A stretch of DNA of 64,000 nt from Bigelowiella natans CCMP2755. Its lineage: Eukaryota > Protista > Cercozoa. The notes beneath the pieces are model-generated. The model worked only from the letters and a program-made list of their open reading frames with translations, was not told the DNA's origin and made no database searches. This document shows, in pieces, positions 40,872 through 52,998 of the stretch. Every line of letters starts with the position of its first letter. Position 1 is the first letter of the stretch. The translations under genes and the position numbers were made by a program. The DNA lies in NCBI GenBank assembly GCA_000320545.1, contig ADNK01001995.1:1-64000 (forward strand), given 5' to 3'.

Positions 40872-41308
40872 TGAGGCGGGCTTCAACTCGGAGCGACCAT
40901 GCCTGTTGTTCCGGAAGATCAGATGAGAGAGAATCTTTAGATCATTTGCCTATTTTAACAAATACCATAGCGGCATAAGCAGCTATTGTTCGTCCCAACG
41001 ATGAGAGCCGCCTTTCCGTGTTTACAACGCGTGCTCGAATGTGGCAAGCTTGGGAGGGGCCATGAGCCAAATTTTGGCCAAAGGAAGCCGGAAAAATATC
41101 TTAGTAGTTTCTTCGATAGATTATCCGCAAAAACTACCGAGGAAAGTATATCTATACAACCTGGAGCCAAAACGTACTCACAAAAGAATGTATTGGGAAA
41201 CAATATATGCCGAAAACATCTATAATAGAGCATGTGCTGGTCTTTTGAGCCGACTGATACGCCTCAAAACCCAAACCAACGAGAGCGCGAGAACGTCGGG
41301 AAAAGAAA

Positions 41309-41893
41309 ATGGGGGCTCTGAAAGTGCTGGCCCTGGGCCTCTTCCTGGCTTCAACGCCCATAGTTATCCTCATTGTTTTTGGTTTGGGAGGTAGACGAGC
41401 ATTATAAGTCTGCATGTCATGTATGTTCTTAATAAACGCGTCAACCCCCACCCCAGCCATCGACAAAGAGGCGTGGGCGGTCAGAAACGGATACGCGTTC
41501 TCCACCGGCATGATCCTACTCTACCTGTATCCATTCGTGGAGCCAGGGCTGGGATCCATTTGGACGAGAATCGACAGGGCAACAATCGAATGGTGAACAA
41601 CGTGAAAGCTGTAGCTAGAGAGATACAGAATTCAATGTGTGGAGCAAAGTTGGGCAAAGCATTACATGAGATTTGTCTTCTTTGCTATAGGATATGCTGG
41701 CACACATGCTTCACCCAAATCGCGATCCAAATTCCGCACAACATATTTGCGAAATCCATCGGTGCAGCAAAGGGGACGATGGTTTCATGGCCCTTCTACT
41801 CTTATGGACTCTCCGATGCTCGGTGTGCAGTAAATATCATTAACACCTTAGTATATCTAACACTATATATACTTTATTTAATGTTTATTCATT

Positions 41894-41973
<80 letters not shown>

Positions 41974-42467
41974 CGCGCGCTTACATGTGCGTGCAGCTAT
42001 GTGTCACTACATGAGGAAAATTTTTATTTAAAAGAAAAATTAATGTGAGACACTAAGGTGAGTAACAATTTGTACATCATTTAAGGTGGTATGAATTTGA
42101 ACCCGGGGTTCCTTTCATAGTAGAGCTAATCAATTGGAACGATGGATTGCTGGGCCTTTTGGTCTTTGCTGCCTTGATTCAATACTGGCGCTCAAAGCGA
42201 CAAGATAGGGGCACAGTCGCATTTCTAGTTATATCTACCATTTTCCGAGATGCAACTTTGTTTCGAGAGACAGTAGAGTACATGTACGACCATCACTACG
42301 GTGGATATCAGCATACGACGACAAACGAACTGTATAGATCCCACGGAATTGCTATATTGTGGCTAATTAATGGTCTTTGGCTTGTGGCACCAATAATAAC
42401 GTGTGTTTGGGGATGGAGAAAATTTTTTGTAGAGTTACCAGTGGTGGATCGCCTAAAAAATGACTGA
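41309..42467 (+). CDS. EXPERA/emopamil-binding-protein (sterol isomerase-like) membrane protein
   Basis: Several transmembrane segments; PFYSYGLSDAR|W, VELINWNDG, LWLINGLWLVAP; ends RLKND. Confidence 0.65.
41896..41980. repeat. Compound microsatellite (CT)n(GT)n(GC)n, Z-DNA-prone
   Basis: Directly visible, in an intron of the EXPERA gene. Confidence 0.95.
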
Positions 42468-43639
42468 GGCGTGCGTTTAAAATTTGAGTTGCATCTTGTA
42501 CGTGACAAATTAGTTTTGGTTTCGAATACTGCTGCCAAAAGGCGCAAATTACGTACGGGCTCGTCTAAGCTCGTGTCTAAGCATGCATAGAGAAGAACTT
42601 TGCATGCATATGCGTGCATGTCATGTACTACGTGCGCTAATCATACATACAGTTTCGTGCGTGCAAAGGCAAAGAACATTCGAGCTCTACATTGTATCTA
42701 CAAATATGCAAAGTGTTTGCCTATGCAGTACACCACAACGCTGTACACCTATTTGTGATCATGACATTTTGTTTTGCATGATCGAATTTGCCGGGAGTCA
42801 TGAGCAAAAACAAAAAGCACTTTGTTGTTGTTGTCTCCGCTCAAAAGTATATGACACATTACACGAGCTCATAATTTATTGTGTGAACGCGCACTGTGGT
42901 AAACTGACTTGGTTGGAGAGTAGCATGCTAGTATATCTATTGATCTTTGAGCTCAGATGAGCCATCATCACGTAACAAGAAGTAATACTATGGAAATTTA
43001 CTTGTCAGTATTCTTGTATAAGCGATATCTGAACCTTTTTGAAGCAAATAATTCATCATTACTCTGAAACCGTCTTGAAATAATTGAAGAGGCTTTGAGT
43101 GAGTAGTCGCGACGAGGAAAGTTCGAATCGGTCTCTGCTTCTTCCTCACACCTAACATTGAATGGATTAAATTAATTACGAAATGACGGACTCGTGCAAA
43201 CAGTAGGTTCACCGATACGTGTTTTAGTTTGGTTGAGAATGCTCCATCGAGGAGGAGGTTGGGCAAGCATCCGAATTGTCAGGAAATGATCTTTGCTACC
43301 AAGAAGGGATAAAAAGTGCTAAAAAGCATGCCATATACAACCAAACGACATGTTTCTTCCCTTGACGCAAAAAGGAACACGACGCCAATTCGGAGGGAAG
43401 ATGCTTGACGCAAGAGCAAAACATAGGAAACAACCGAGACACCCTTTTCTCGGCGCTCGGCAAAACAAAAGAACCCTACTTTTGCTTGGGTACTTTTTCG
43501 AATCCTCCAAGGGGAAGAATTTCAACGTTTTCTTCGCCTACGACAAGTATTTACTTGAAAAATGTATCGATTTCGACGAGGGAAATATCTTTAAAAGTAT
43601 GTGTTATTGCTGAGTGAGGAGCCAATTATTGATCCAGCC

Positions 43640-45914
43640 ATGGCCGTCTCGGCGCTTGTCCTGCTGCCTATCACTCTACTCTCTGCTCAATCTCTCCATA
43701 CACGTGAGTTTCGATCACATTTTAGTGCATAGAAGTAGCTGAAGGGGGGAAGTTGGGTGCGCACGTGGGCAGCTTGATGGCTGTGAGCAGAGGTTCGAAG
43801 CACGATGGGGATGATGAATCCAGAGCGAGCGACTTTTTGCCGCCATCTATTGGTTTTACGAGCGCTACCTTTTCTTTCCCATTCCTTAGTTACCTTTTAG
43901 AATTTTCGGATGAATTGAAACCTGACATTGATTTGAATGAGTGACCACTGATGATTTCTTCGTCTTAGGGCCCCGAGGCAGCAGCCAGTGCTTCATACTC
44001 GCAAAGGGGTTCACACTTGGAAGCCCGCGACACTTATGCCCCAAAGCGGCGGGGGGGAGTAAAGGTTGGCAAAAACAAATGAACCACTACGCATACTAGT
44101 CTATAGTTCGGATGGAAATAAATGGATGTGCTGATTAGTCATTTCTGGTATCCGGCGGCTCAAATCGGGTTTTCCGGCGTCTTCATCTTCTCACAGTCGT
44201 CTTGCTCTTCGTGCGGCTGCCGCAGAGGAGGTAGGCTTAAAAAATAAATATATCACCGAAGAATTTTTCCTGTAGAGGTGACATATTGCCTCACACACGC
44301 GATGACCCCATTGCGAGTCGCCCTTGTTTATTTCTGTTACCCTCTCGCAGCCATGTAACGTAAAGAAACTGGACAATGGATACACCCTCTATCAGTTCGG
44401 GGTAGGACAACAATTATGAGATTAACAGACATAGAACATTCGCGCGCACACGCTGTTGTTTTTTTTTAAATCTTTGCGACTAGAGCCGATTCTTACAGCT
44501 GTTAATATCTGCAACTGCCTTCTTTAGGTAGAGCCTGAACCGGAGCCAGTAGTAGATCAAACGCCCTCAGAAGCACCCTCCTCTAGCGACACTGCCCGTC
44601 CTAGTGCAGAGGAATGGATTGGTACATGGAAGCAGTCGATTTCCGCGGCCACGCCAGCCGCAACCCCTCCCTCTAAGAAGAAAAAAACAAAGAAAAAGAA
44701 AACGCCTAGTGCAGAGGAATGGATTAGTTCATGGAAGCAGTCGGTGTCCACGGCCTCACCAGCCGCACCCCCTCCCTCTAAGAAGAAAAAAGCAAAGAAA
44801 AAGAAAACGCCTGGTGCAGAGGAGTGGATTAGTTCATGGAAGCAGTCGGTGTCCACGGCCTCACCAGCCGCACCTCCTCCCTCTAAGAAGAACAAACCGA
44901 AGAAAAAGGGAACGAAGGCTGGTGCCAAAGCTTCCCCGTCTTCATCACAACCTAGTGCTTCTGCCCCTACTTCTGCTGCTCCCAAGCCCCCTTCTGCAGG
45001 AAAACCAAAGGTAGTCCTTAAAAGAACTCAACCCGTACGAAAAAAGCTTGGCACGTAGAAGGGCTAGTGGTGGCAAGGGGGAAGTAGAGGAGCAGCAGGG
45101 AAAGTAGAATCGTGCAGAGAAGGGGGCAATGAAAAATAATGCAATACTTGCGTATCTTAACGAATCCAACAAAGTGTGGCTTTGCGCAAATTAGAATATT
45201 TCTCACAATCGCAATTCTATATTAAGCTTCAGAACTCGAGTCTTTCTGTAAGGTAACCACTTTACCATTTCTCCCCTTCAGTCGAAACCGAGTCCGAAGG
45301 CAAAAGATCTGGGCGATGCTCCTAGTGGCAGCGACGGCGGCAGCAGCAGCCGCACAAGTGTCAATGTCAGGATCTGTCACAGGAACACACACTCGAATAA
45401 TAGCAGTAAAAATTATTTTATGTGAAAAAAATACACCATTCTAAGACCTCATCACTCTTTGCTATTTCGTCTGCTCTCCTCCTCATTCATATCGTATGTT
45501 CTGCCTCTTCGTCATCTTCCAATTCGTGTGTATAGGCTAGGGCGAACTCAATACGCGCTTTCCAAAGGAAGACACAACAGTCCAGGGTATGAACGTTGAC
45601 GGCAAAGAATGAGAACCCCACTTGGGCATCTAGCGATAGAGCGTTTCAAAATCATAATCATTGCGATAACTTTATGATCCAAATAATCATTCGCATGCTT
45701 CTATGGCTTCAATGTTCCCTTTCTACCCCTTCCTCCATTCACCATCCTTTTTTTAATTTTTCACCTTTTCTATCCTGCTCGCTCGCTCACTAAAACCGGC
45801 CCGGCAAACGCTCAGGTGCAGGTATTCGCGGATATGGATCTAGAAATGAGCCAGAAAAAACAGGTGATGTTCCCGTTGCTCTTCCTCCATTCAAAAAATA
45901 TAGACCACATTAAA

Positions 45915-45954
<40 letters not shown>

Positions 45955-47192
45955 CATTTTATATATACATATATAATTATATGCATGCATCAACATAAAT
46001 GTGCTGAAAGTTATCATGATATCATTACAGCTTGCGGAGGAGTTGAGAGCGCGAAGGCGTGCAAATGCTGGAGATCTAGTAAAGTATGTAGTCCCTCTCA
46101 AACAGAGCCTTTCCACACTTTGACTCGCCTACCGATACCCCCTCTCCTTTTTTGCAGAGCAAAGGTAAAACGCGACCCGAATAGACCCTCAAAGCCAGTA
46201 AGGTGATACGCTAACGACCGAGATCACCTGCTGCTTTTCCCAACGAAGCCCAAAAGATAATATCCAACCCTCTGTTCCTGCATCTTCTTCCTGCTTACCC
46301 AACCTCTTTTGTCCTATATAACCGCTGAGAGCTTGCTTTGTGCGATAATTTTCGTATTCCCGTCGCTCTTACATCTTCCTGTATTTTTCATTTTTTCAAG
46401 GTTTCGATTTCGGACGGATGACTTCCTGGGACTAAGCGCAGATAGAATCGTTGAGGTAGTAAGTAGTAGAGGTTGCAACGGCGGCATTAGTGGTCGCGTA
46501 GCAGTGGCGACTCTTGGAAAAGCATGAATGCTCTGTAGATTGCGATATTTTAGGAGGGGAGACATAAGAATATTTTACGTAACCAAAGCTATTCCTCCTC
46601 GCTTGAATACTTTTAGGCTCGCACAGGTGATAATATGCTGGAGGTTTTCGATAATACCGGGGGAATCGTGCCATCGTTTTGCTGCGAAGGGTACTGTTTC
46701 CGCACCCTTACTACTTCCTACCATTCCTATCGTCATTTCTAAACTGTATTCTTTATTTAGCATGAGCTTACATTATGACATGTGCTACAGGATATGCTAC
46801 ACATGCGTGGCGCAAATGCAGGGATTAGATGATTACGGAAATAAAGTGGGCGACGCGGGAGTTGTAAGGTATATTAAATGAAGAAGTTCCTCAATCCTTT
46901 TTTTGACCATGCTTAAAACTGTCGAGTATCGTTTTTTCTTATTCCAGAAATTTAAATGCTTTTAATCTATTGATGCCATAGATGCTGCATCACTGAGGTA
47001 ACAGAGCCGCCACCTGGAGCTTCGGAGATTGAGGTAACATACTCGAACCTTACTATAGACAACTGAAGGCGTTGTGGGCACACAATGATGCAGATTCGAA
47101 AATAGAATAAAAATGACGTTAAAAATAAGATCCTTCTTTTTGAAACAATACTTCAGATCACCATTCCGGACTGGGTGAAGGAGGATGACTGA
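43640..47192 (+). CDS. Putative plastid-targeted protein with three 35-aa repeats and a C-terminal 2Fe-2S ferredoxin-type domain
   Basis: Signal peptide MAVSALVLLPITLLSA, then basic transit-like exons ending RLALRAAAAEE. Repeats SAEEWIxxWKQS...PPSKKKK. C-terminal exons IVE|ARTGDNMLEVFDNTGGIVPSFCCEG|ICYTC...VVR|CCITEV (C-x4-C-x2-C...C), ending ITIPDWVKEDD*. Confidence 0.75.
44600..44905 (+). repeat. Coding tandem repeat, 105 bp x ~3
   Basis: Units start at 44600, 44705 and 44810 (cct[a/g]gtgcagagga[a/g]tggatt). Confidence 0.95.
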
Positions 47193-47522
47193 TCCACAAA
47201 ATGTCCTTGTTTCTACGATGCATGGTGCTGTAGAAATGCATGGACAAACATCATTTGAAGATTTTACATTCATTTAAAATCAGAGATACAGTTCACATAA
47301 ACATTGTTCTAATTGTCCCCCAAAATATGCCATTAACAATGGCATCTGTAGCATAATTATTTGACTCGAGATGTAGAATTACCTTGATAATTCTTGTGGT
47401 AGACACGGTGCTTCTGATGCATTAGGAGTAGTCATGATGCAAGTGCGTTGTCTTCACACGTGCACATGCTGGACTTGCATTACTTGTATCCATCGAACTA
47501 GCAAAGACTCATCTAGTATAAG

Positions 47523-48392
47523 TCATCGCTAGATCATGATCACCGTGCTTGCATCTGGACGTGCTAGCAAGAAATTTGACTCTTCAGATGCAAGCGCATG
47601 CAGGCGCGCGCTGCGGGGCTGCAAATCAAGCATGCGCAGCAAAATCATCACAAAAGCAGCCACGATTCTCCAGATTCCCCCACTTTGGCACTCACTTGAT
47701 TTTGCAGCGAGCGTCCCACTTGTTGCGCTTGGTGTCAACACGTTGGCACATCATGCACGATGAACCATGCTAGCATGCTTGCATGCAAACTCCAGAAAAT
47801 CGTGGACGTGAAAAATGCGTGTGTGTCAAATCGCTGGCTCGCCTCATTGTGCGATTTCACCAGTTCACTGGAACGTTGTGCGAACAGTGAACTCTCTTTC
47901 ACTGTGTTCTGGTGTTGTCCAATTGTGTCGCGCGCGTGGAGGACAGACACGCACACGAATTTCATCGTTTCATGATGCGATTTGGGGTCTTGTGAAGCGT
48001 CCACTCGTGCGTGCCAAGCGAAAGTGCTCTTTGCTTCATTGAACGACTCACTGTGCTGTGCTCACCTTCCACAAGGCGAAGAACAAACTCACGATTGCAT
48101 GTGTCGACATCGTGCTCTAGTGCTGTGATGCTGTCTGGCTAGCTAGCTGTGCACCTTTGACCTTCCTCGGCGATGATCTCCAAATGGCATCGGTGCGCAC
48201 TCGGTTGAAAGAATGGAGAAGAAAGGACAGAACGAATTGTTTCCATTGAAGCGTTTGAGAGGATGAACGAAGCTCTGAGCATTGATGAAGGGAGAGAAAA
48301 TTTTGCATGCAAAATCATGAAAATGATGTTCAACAGGGCGAATTTTCGTTGGAAAAACGCCTCCATCCATGACCTGCGACAAGGACAAAAGA
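47523..48392. other. TpA-depleted hypermutated tract 3
   Basis: 870 bp with only 6 TpA by hand count, all six in CTAG. Confidence 0.95.
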
Positions 48393-48460
48393 TATCTTTT
48401 TCAACAAACTGGTAATGGAAGATTCCAACCTCTTGCTCTGCAACGATTGAGGACATAGAA

Positions 48461-50063
48461 ATGGACAAGATCGGGGATGGGTTGGGACGACAACCATGGG
48501 GCTTGTGGAAGAGCTGCAAGATCACCAAAACTTTGAATCGGGGGGATCACACTGGCTTTGTAATTCAGAATGATTTTAGCTTAAAAAAATACACTGTAGA
48601 GCGTCGATATCGTGAGTTTTTGGAACTTTGGAGTTCGATGGAAACAAGCATTCCGAAAGGCGTATCACTTCCAGTACTTCCAAAAAGGACCTTGAACAAG
48701 ATGGCCCCAGAAGTTGTATCAGTCCGCGCTGTTGTTTTGGAAAAGGCACTGAACGATATTTTAAGATCTAGAAACAAACTCAGAGACCACCCATTATTCA
48801 TAAATTTTCTTGGTATTGCAGAAGGTTGGGGCTTGCAGGAGCCCCCCAAAAAAAATAAGGAAAATAAGGGGAAGTCTTTAATAAGAACAGGGTCTTTACG
48901 AATGAGTAAAGCCGCTGCAAAAATGTTTAGATTAGAACAGAAGGCCCTGGCAGATGGCAACGCGCCAGGATTCAATTCATGTTTCATCTCGAAAACTAGC
49001 ACCTTCACAGATCCCAAAACAAGAAAGAAGCACACATTATACCATGTTAAAACAAAAGCATTTGGAAGAACAATAAGAATAGCCAGACGATTCAGCGATT
49101 TTCGAAAACTATGGAAGAGGTTGTTGCATTCGAATTTTTCTCCGAAGTCTATGAATTAAATCCATGTTTTATCAGTTGGAATCTGTTAATATAAATGCGA
49201 TGTAACTTTTGCGCTTGTTCTGTTTGCTATTTCAATAGTTTAGAGCACCATCTAGAGGACATACTGGATCTTCCACGGGGACCAGTCATGTTTAAATTGA
49301 ACCCAACTGTCATCGAGAGACGAAAAAATGGCCTGAATCGTGCATTAAGACATATGATCACCCTCAGATTGTTGACAAGCGAGCCAAAATTTCTTCAATT
49401 TTTGGGCATTATGCCACCTAAGTCTAATATTGATGAAGGTAAACTTGCAGCACCCTCTGGTTCGATTTCTCCTAAGTCAGATGTGAGTGGTGCGGATTTT
49501 CGACAATTCAAAGCCCGTCCAGTTGTTGCTCCAGTTAAGAATCTCCCCGATTTGGTGCACTTGACTTTGGACCAGGTGACATTCCAAACCACACTTCCAT
49601 TACGTTGCTTCGATTTGCACTGTATTTTAATGATAATGTGCAGGATGGTTTAAGAGTTTTTGCAGATGCAGACGAGAAGGGAAGTGTATTGTGCAAAATT
49701 GAGATTGGCGACTTCGTTGGATGCTCTGATGAGGAAGGCGTCCTTCGCGTCGTAGAACAGAAAGGTGATAAAAAATCATGAAAAATACATCGAATGATGG
49801 CGAATACTGGATACTGGTTAGGTGGCAACAAAATTTGCGAGTGGATATTTAATATTGAAGCTTCTACAAAAGATCGAATAGAGGAAGCATCCAAAAAGAA
49901 AAAGATGAAAAAAAAAACTATCAACGAATCAGCACCATCAAAAGAGATATCTCTTCTTCACCTTGGAATGATTCGAGCAGCAGCAGCGTATGTGTCTGAC
50001 ATGGAAGCAGATGACGATATTTTCGCAGGGCCTACTGAGAAGAAACATGAGTTTGAAGTGTGA
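48461..50063 (+). CDS. Double PX (phox homology) domain protein; true 5' end uncertain or eroded
   Basis: HTGFVI...YTVERRYREFLELW...LPVLPKR...VVSVRAVVLEKALNDIL...FINFLG, and KHTLYHV...IARRFSDFRKLW...VIERRKNGLNRAL...FLQFLG. Confidence 0.8.
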
Positions 50064-50114
50064 ACGCCTCTTATTGATACAACAAAATTTAGATGTAAAA
50101 GCATTTGTTGTTAC

Positions 50115-51195
50115 AAGTTCCTAGTCTTTCTCATCTAGCCATGCTTTGCACAATTTCATTCCACATTGTTGTTGCCATCATGAAACATGCTGCACAGTTG
50201 TGGTGCAACACTCGAACACATCGGACACAAGCATGCGCATGCAGATAGCTAGACAGGATCGAATTGCACCCATGAAAAATCTTCAAAGAAACTGAGATAT
50301 CCGAGCGTCCCTGAGATCTAGAGATCACTGTCCGCAAGAGCTTGGATCTCTGTGAACCACAGAGCTCTCATTGCGTGGTCTGGTGGTTGTGTGATCAATT
50401 GTGCGGTGGTCTTTCATGCTCAGATGATCACTTTGAACCAAAGCTGGCAACTGGGAGCCATTTTGCAACTGTGTGGTTGATGTGAGTAAAACTTCAATCG
50501 GCATGCAAATGCAGAGAAGTTGAGGTGTGTGCAACCGGCACAGCTGGAAACAAACACGGACAGTTCGATCAGTGGCACTTGCCCAGCTAGCTAGCCAGCT
50601 AGATGCATGCTGCGTGTGCACGAAGTTGCACACTTGCCCAAGTGCCTTGCGCACAGCAAGCGTCTTTGCATGTTCACACACTGCATGCTTGTTGGAATCA
50701 TGGAAGCTTGAATTTGATTTTGAAGGTGATTTGGATTGTTAGTCCTTTGTTGAAACCAATGTCGTTCACATCGCTCGCGGCTCGTTCCGTCTGTCAATGA
50801 ACAATGAACAATGAAAAAAGCGTTGATCAAATCTACATGCGCCAGAACCACATGGGAAACAGGCGTTTGCATGCAGCAGAGCCTCAACAACACTCTGTCT
50901 CAGCAGCTCGCTTTCTGCCATGGCAACGTGAATTCTCCTCTCCCGTACCGGAAAGAAGATGCGAGAAATTTGTCCTGCATTTCTCCACAAAAATGGCCTG
51001 CGTTCAACCAACCACAAGTTAGATTCTGGTTCGTCGGGTCCTGTGCTCGACGCCATGCCAGCTCGGAAGAGAAAGGCTGTTGAGCATGATAGCAAGAAAA
51101 AGAAGACGGCGAAGAAGACGAAGAAGAAGAAGTTGACAATGAAGGAAATGGTCGTGCTCGTAGTGGAAGAGATCGGCAAGGTGCCATGCACGCAA
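50115..51195. other. TpA-depleted hypermutated tract 4
   Basis: About 16 TpA in ~1.08 kb by hand count: 7 CTAG, 6 half-context, 3 other. Confidence 0.9.
50795..50895 (-). repeat. ~100 bp dispersed repeat, copy B
   Basis: Reverse complement of 35559-35660. Confidence 0.9.
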
Positions 51196-52270
51196 TGGTA
51201 TCCTGATTCAAGCGGTAGTTTCTGATTTGATTGCGTATAGGCTGGCCTTGCAAAAATAAAAAAGGAGCTCCAACTCCGTTATGATATTGATTGCAAGACT
51301 CAAAGAAATAAGACGAGACTGAAGAAAGCTTTAGAATCAGCAATATCAGCAAAGATCCTCCGAAAAATCGGAGGCACATATTCTGCGCAAGAATCTTCGT
51401 CGGACGAGGACGAATCCGAGGACGAATCTGAGGACGAATCTGACGAAAAATATGAACCCGCCTTTCGGGGTCTACGAGTGATGAAAATGGAGAGAGCCAA
51501 ATCGGATAGGTCCCTATGAAACAAATATCCGGGAGGTTTTAGATACCTTCCAATCATCTTCTATTCGCTTCGTATTTTTCTGCATACCAGTGCCACAACC
51601 ATCCAAGACCTAAGGCTCACGACAAATTCAAAATTGAAAGCCTTCACCCTTTCTTCGTAGGTCGATCTGCAAAGCATGTAATAAGGCTATTGCGAAGGGT
51701 GCATCTCGTCATCGAGTTTCAGACGACTCACTGTAGAACATACACCCCTCTCATCCCTTGTAACTCCTCTGCTTAGAACCCCAACTTTTCTGGTTAGTCA
51801 TTAGGATAATTAAAACGTATTTTTTCCAAGCCCAAAGTTTCGAGTTTTTATGAGAAATGGTCGCTTGCGAACGCAATCATACATATGCAGATATGTCGCA
51901 GTCTCTGGTGGAGAATGGGAGGCATACAACGGTAGTTTCCTAATTGATTCAATGTCTCTTATCTCTAGTATGCGAAATATGGAGACATTGTATTTCATCA
52001 CTGAACAACTTTACACAGGATCACATGAAGGATGCTACAGAGGTGGTTATGAGGAAGCTTATGGAACATCCAGGATGACGTATTTCATACACGCTGGCTG
52101 TCTAAAGGTTCCGTGTTCGAACTTGTATAATTCCCTAAATCTTGATGTGATGTGTTATGATTTATGGCGTATTTTGTTCATAGTTGGCAAACCGTCTCGC
52201 GGAAGAAAATTTCAATGCAGATTGGCCTTTGCTGAGAGACGCGATGGTAGCTAACGGCGATCTTCCGTAA
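51055..52270 (+). CDS. Linker-histone H15-like winged-helix + acidic tract + PARP-type zinc finger protein
   Basis: MPARKRK...KKLTMKEMVVLVVEEIGK|AGLAKIKKEL...RLKKALESAISAKILRKIGGTY (H15-like); SSSDEDESEDESEDE; MERAKSDR|SICKACNKAIAKGASR...YFIHAGCL (C-x2-C...H-x2-C). Confidence 0.75.
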
Positions 52271-52998
52271 TAGCAAAAGCGAGATTAAAGTAGACAATCG
52301 CCGGCCTGTCTAAAAATGTAGTTGGGTTCTCACAGGAGTCGTTACTGCTACCCCTGTCTATTCATTACTCTCTTGATTAATTCAAATTTTATTCGTAACT
52401 ATATAAAGATCACTATTAGCTGCAAAAATTGACAAAAACATAACACAACAATGTCGCAACTCAGCACTAGTTTATTGTAAACATTTGGTTTATGAAACTT
52501 GTAAACTACGATACGTTTCCACGGCTTTAAAAATGTACACCTCTCGTAACCGTGATACAACGTCGTACCAACATATGTAAGATTTGTGCTGTTATGTGAT
52601 GGATGCTACTTGGTAGCTTGTTCCTATGCATGCATGTTAGATGTGCGCGCGGATACTGTGCATGCACAGATGAACTATATTTCTAGATGTAGAAAAGAAG
52701 TAATGAAATTTGGACGTACTCAAATAAATTTAACATCACACGGTCGATCAATAGCCTTGCATGATGCAGCCAACCTCACAGGCTGGCACAATTCATGGTG
52801 TTGGCAAGGCAGCCACTGCAACGTAATCATGCAGGCCGTGTATGTCTTGATGGGCATCTGTGCGCCTGTGACCTGGGAATTCCTCAGTCACTACTTCGCA
52901 TAATCGCGCGATTATGATGTTAATTGCTACAGGCACACGTAAATGGACTTTATTACTTCCAGACTTGACTTTTATCTAAACAAAACTTTTTCATAGTT

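Noticed and set aside
44600-44905. CRISPR-like repeat-spacer array
   Set aside because: Whole 105-bp units are near-identical and in-frame coding; the context is eukaryotic and there are no cas genes.
46158-46203. AKVKRDPNRPSKP as the start of an HMG box
   Set aside because: The following exons encode a 2Fe-2S ferredoxin motif, not HMG helices.
47529-48388. Numerous Cys/His-rich ORFs in the tracts as small novel proteins
   Set aside because: Artefact of losing TAA/TAG stops and Tyr codons through TpA depletion.
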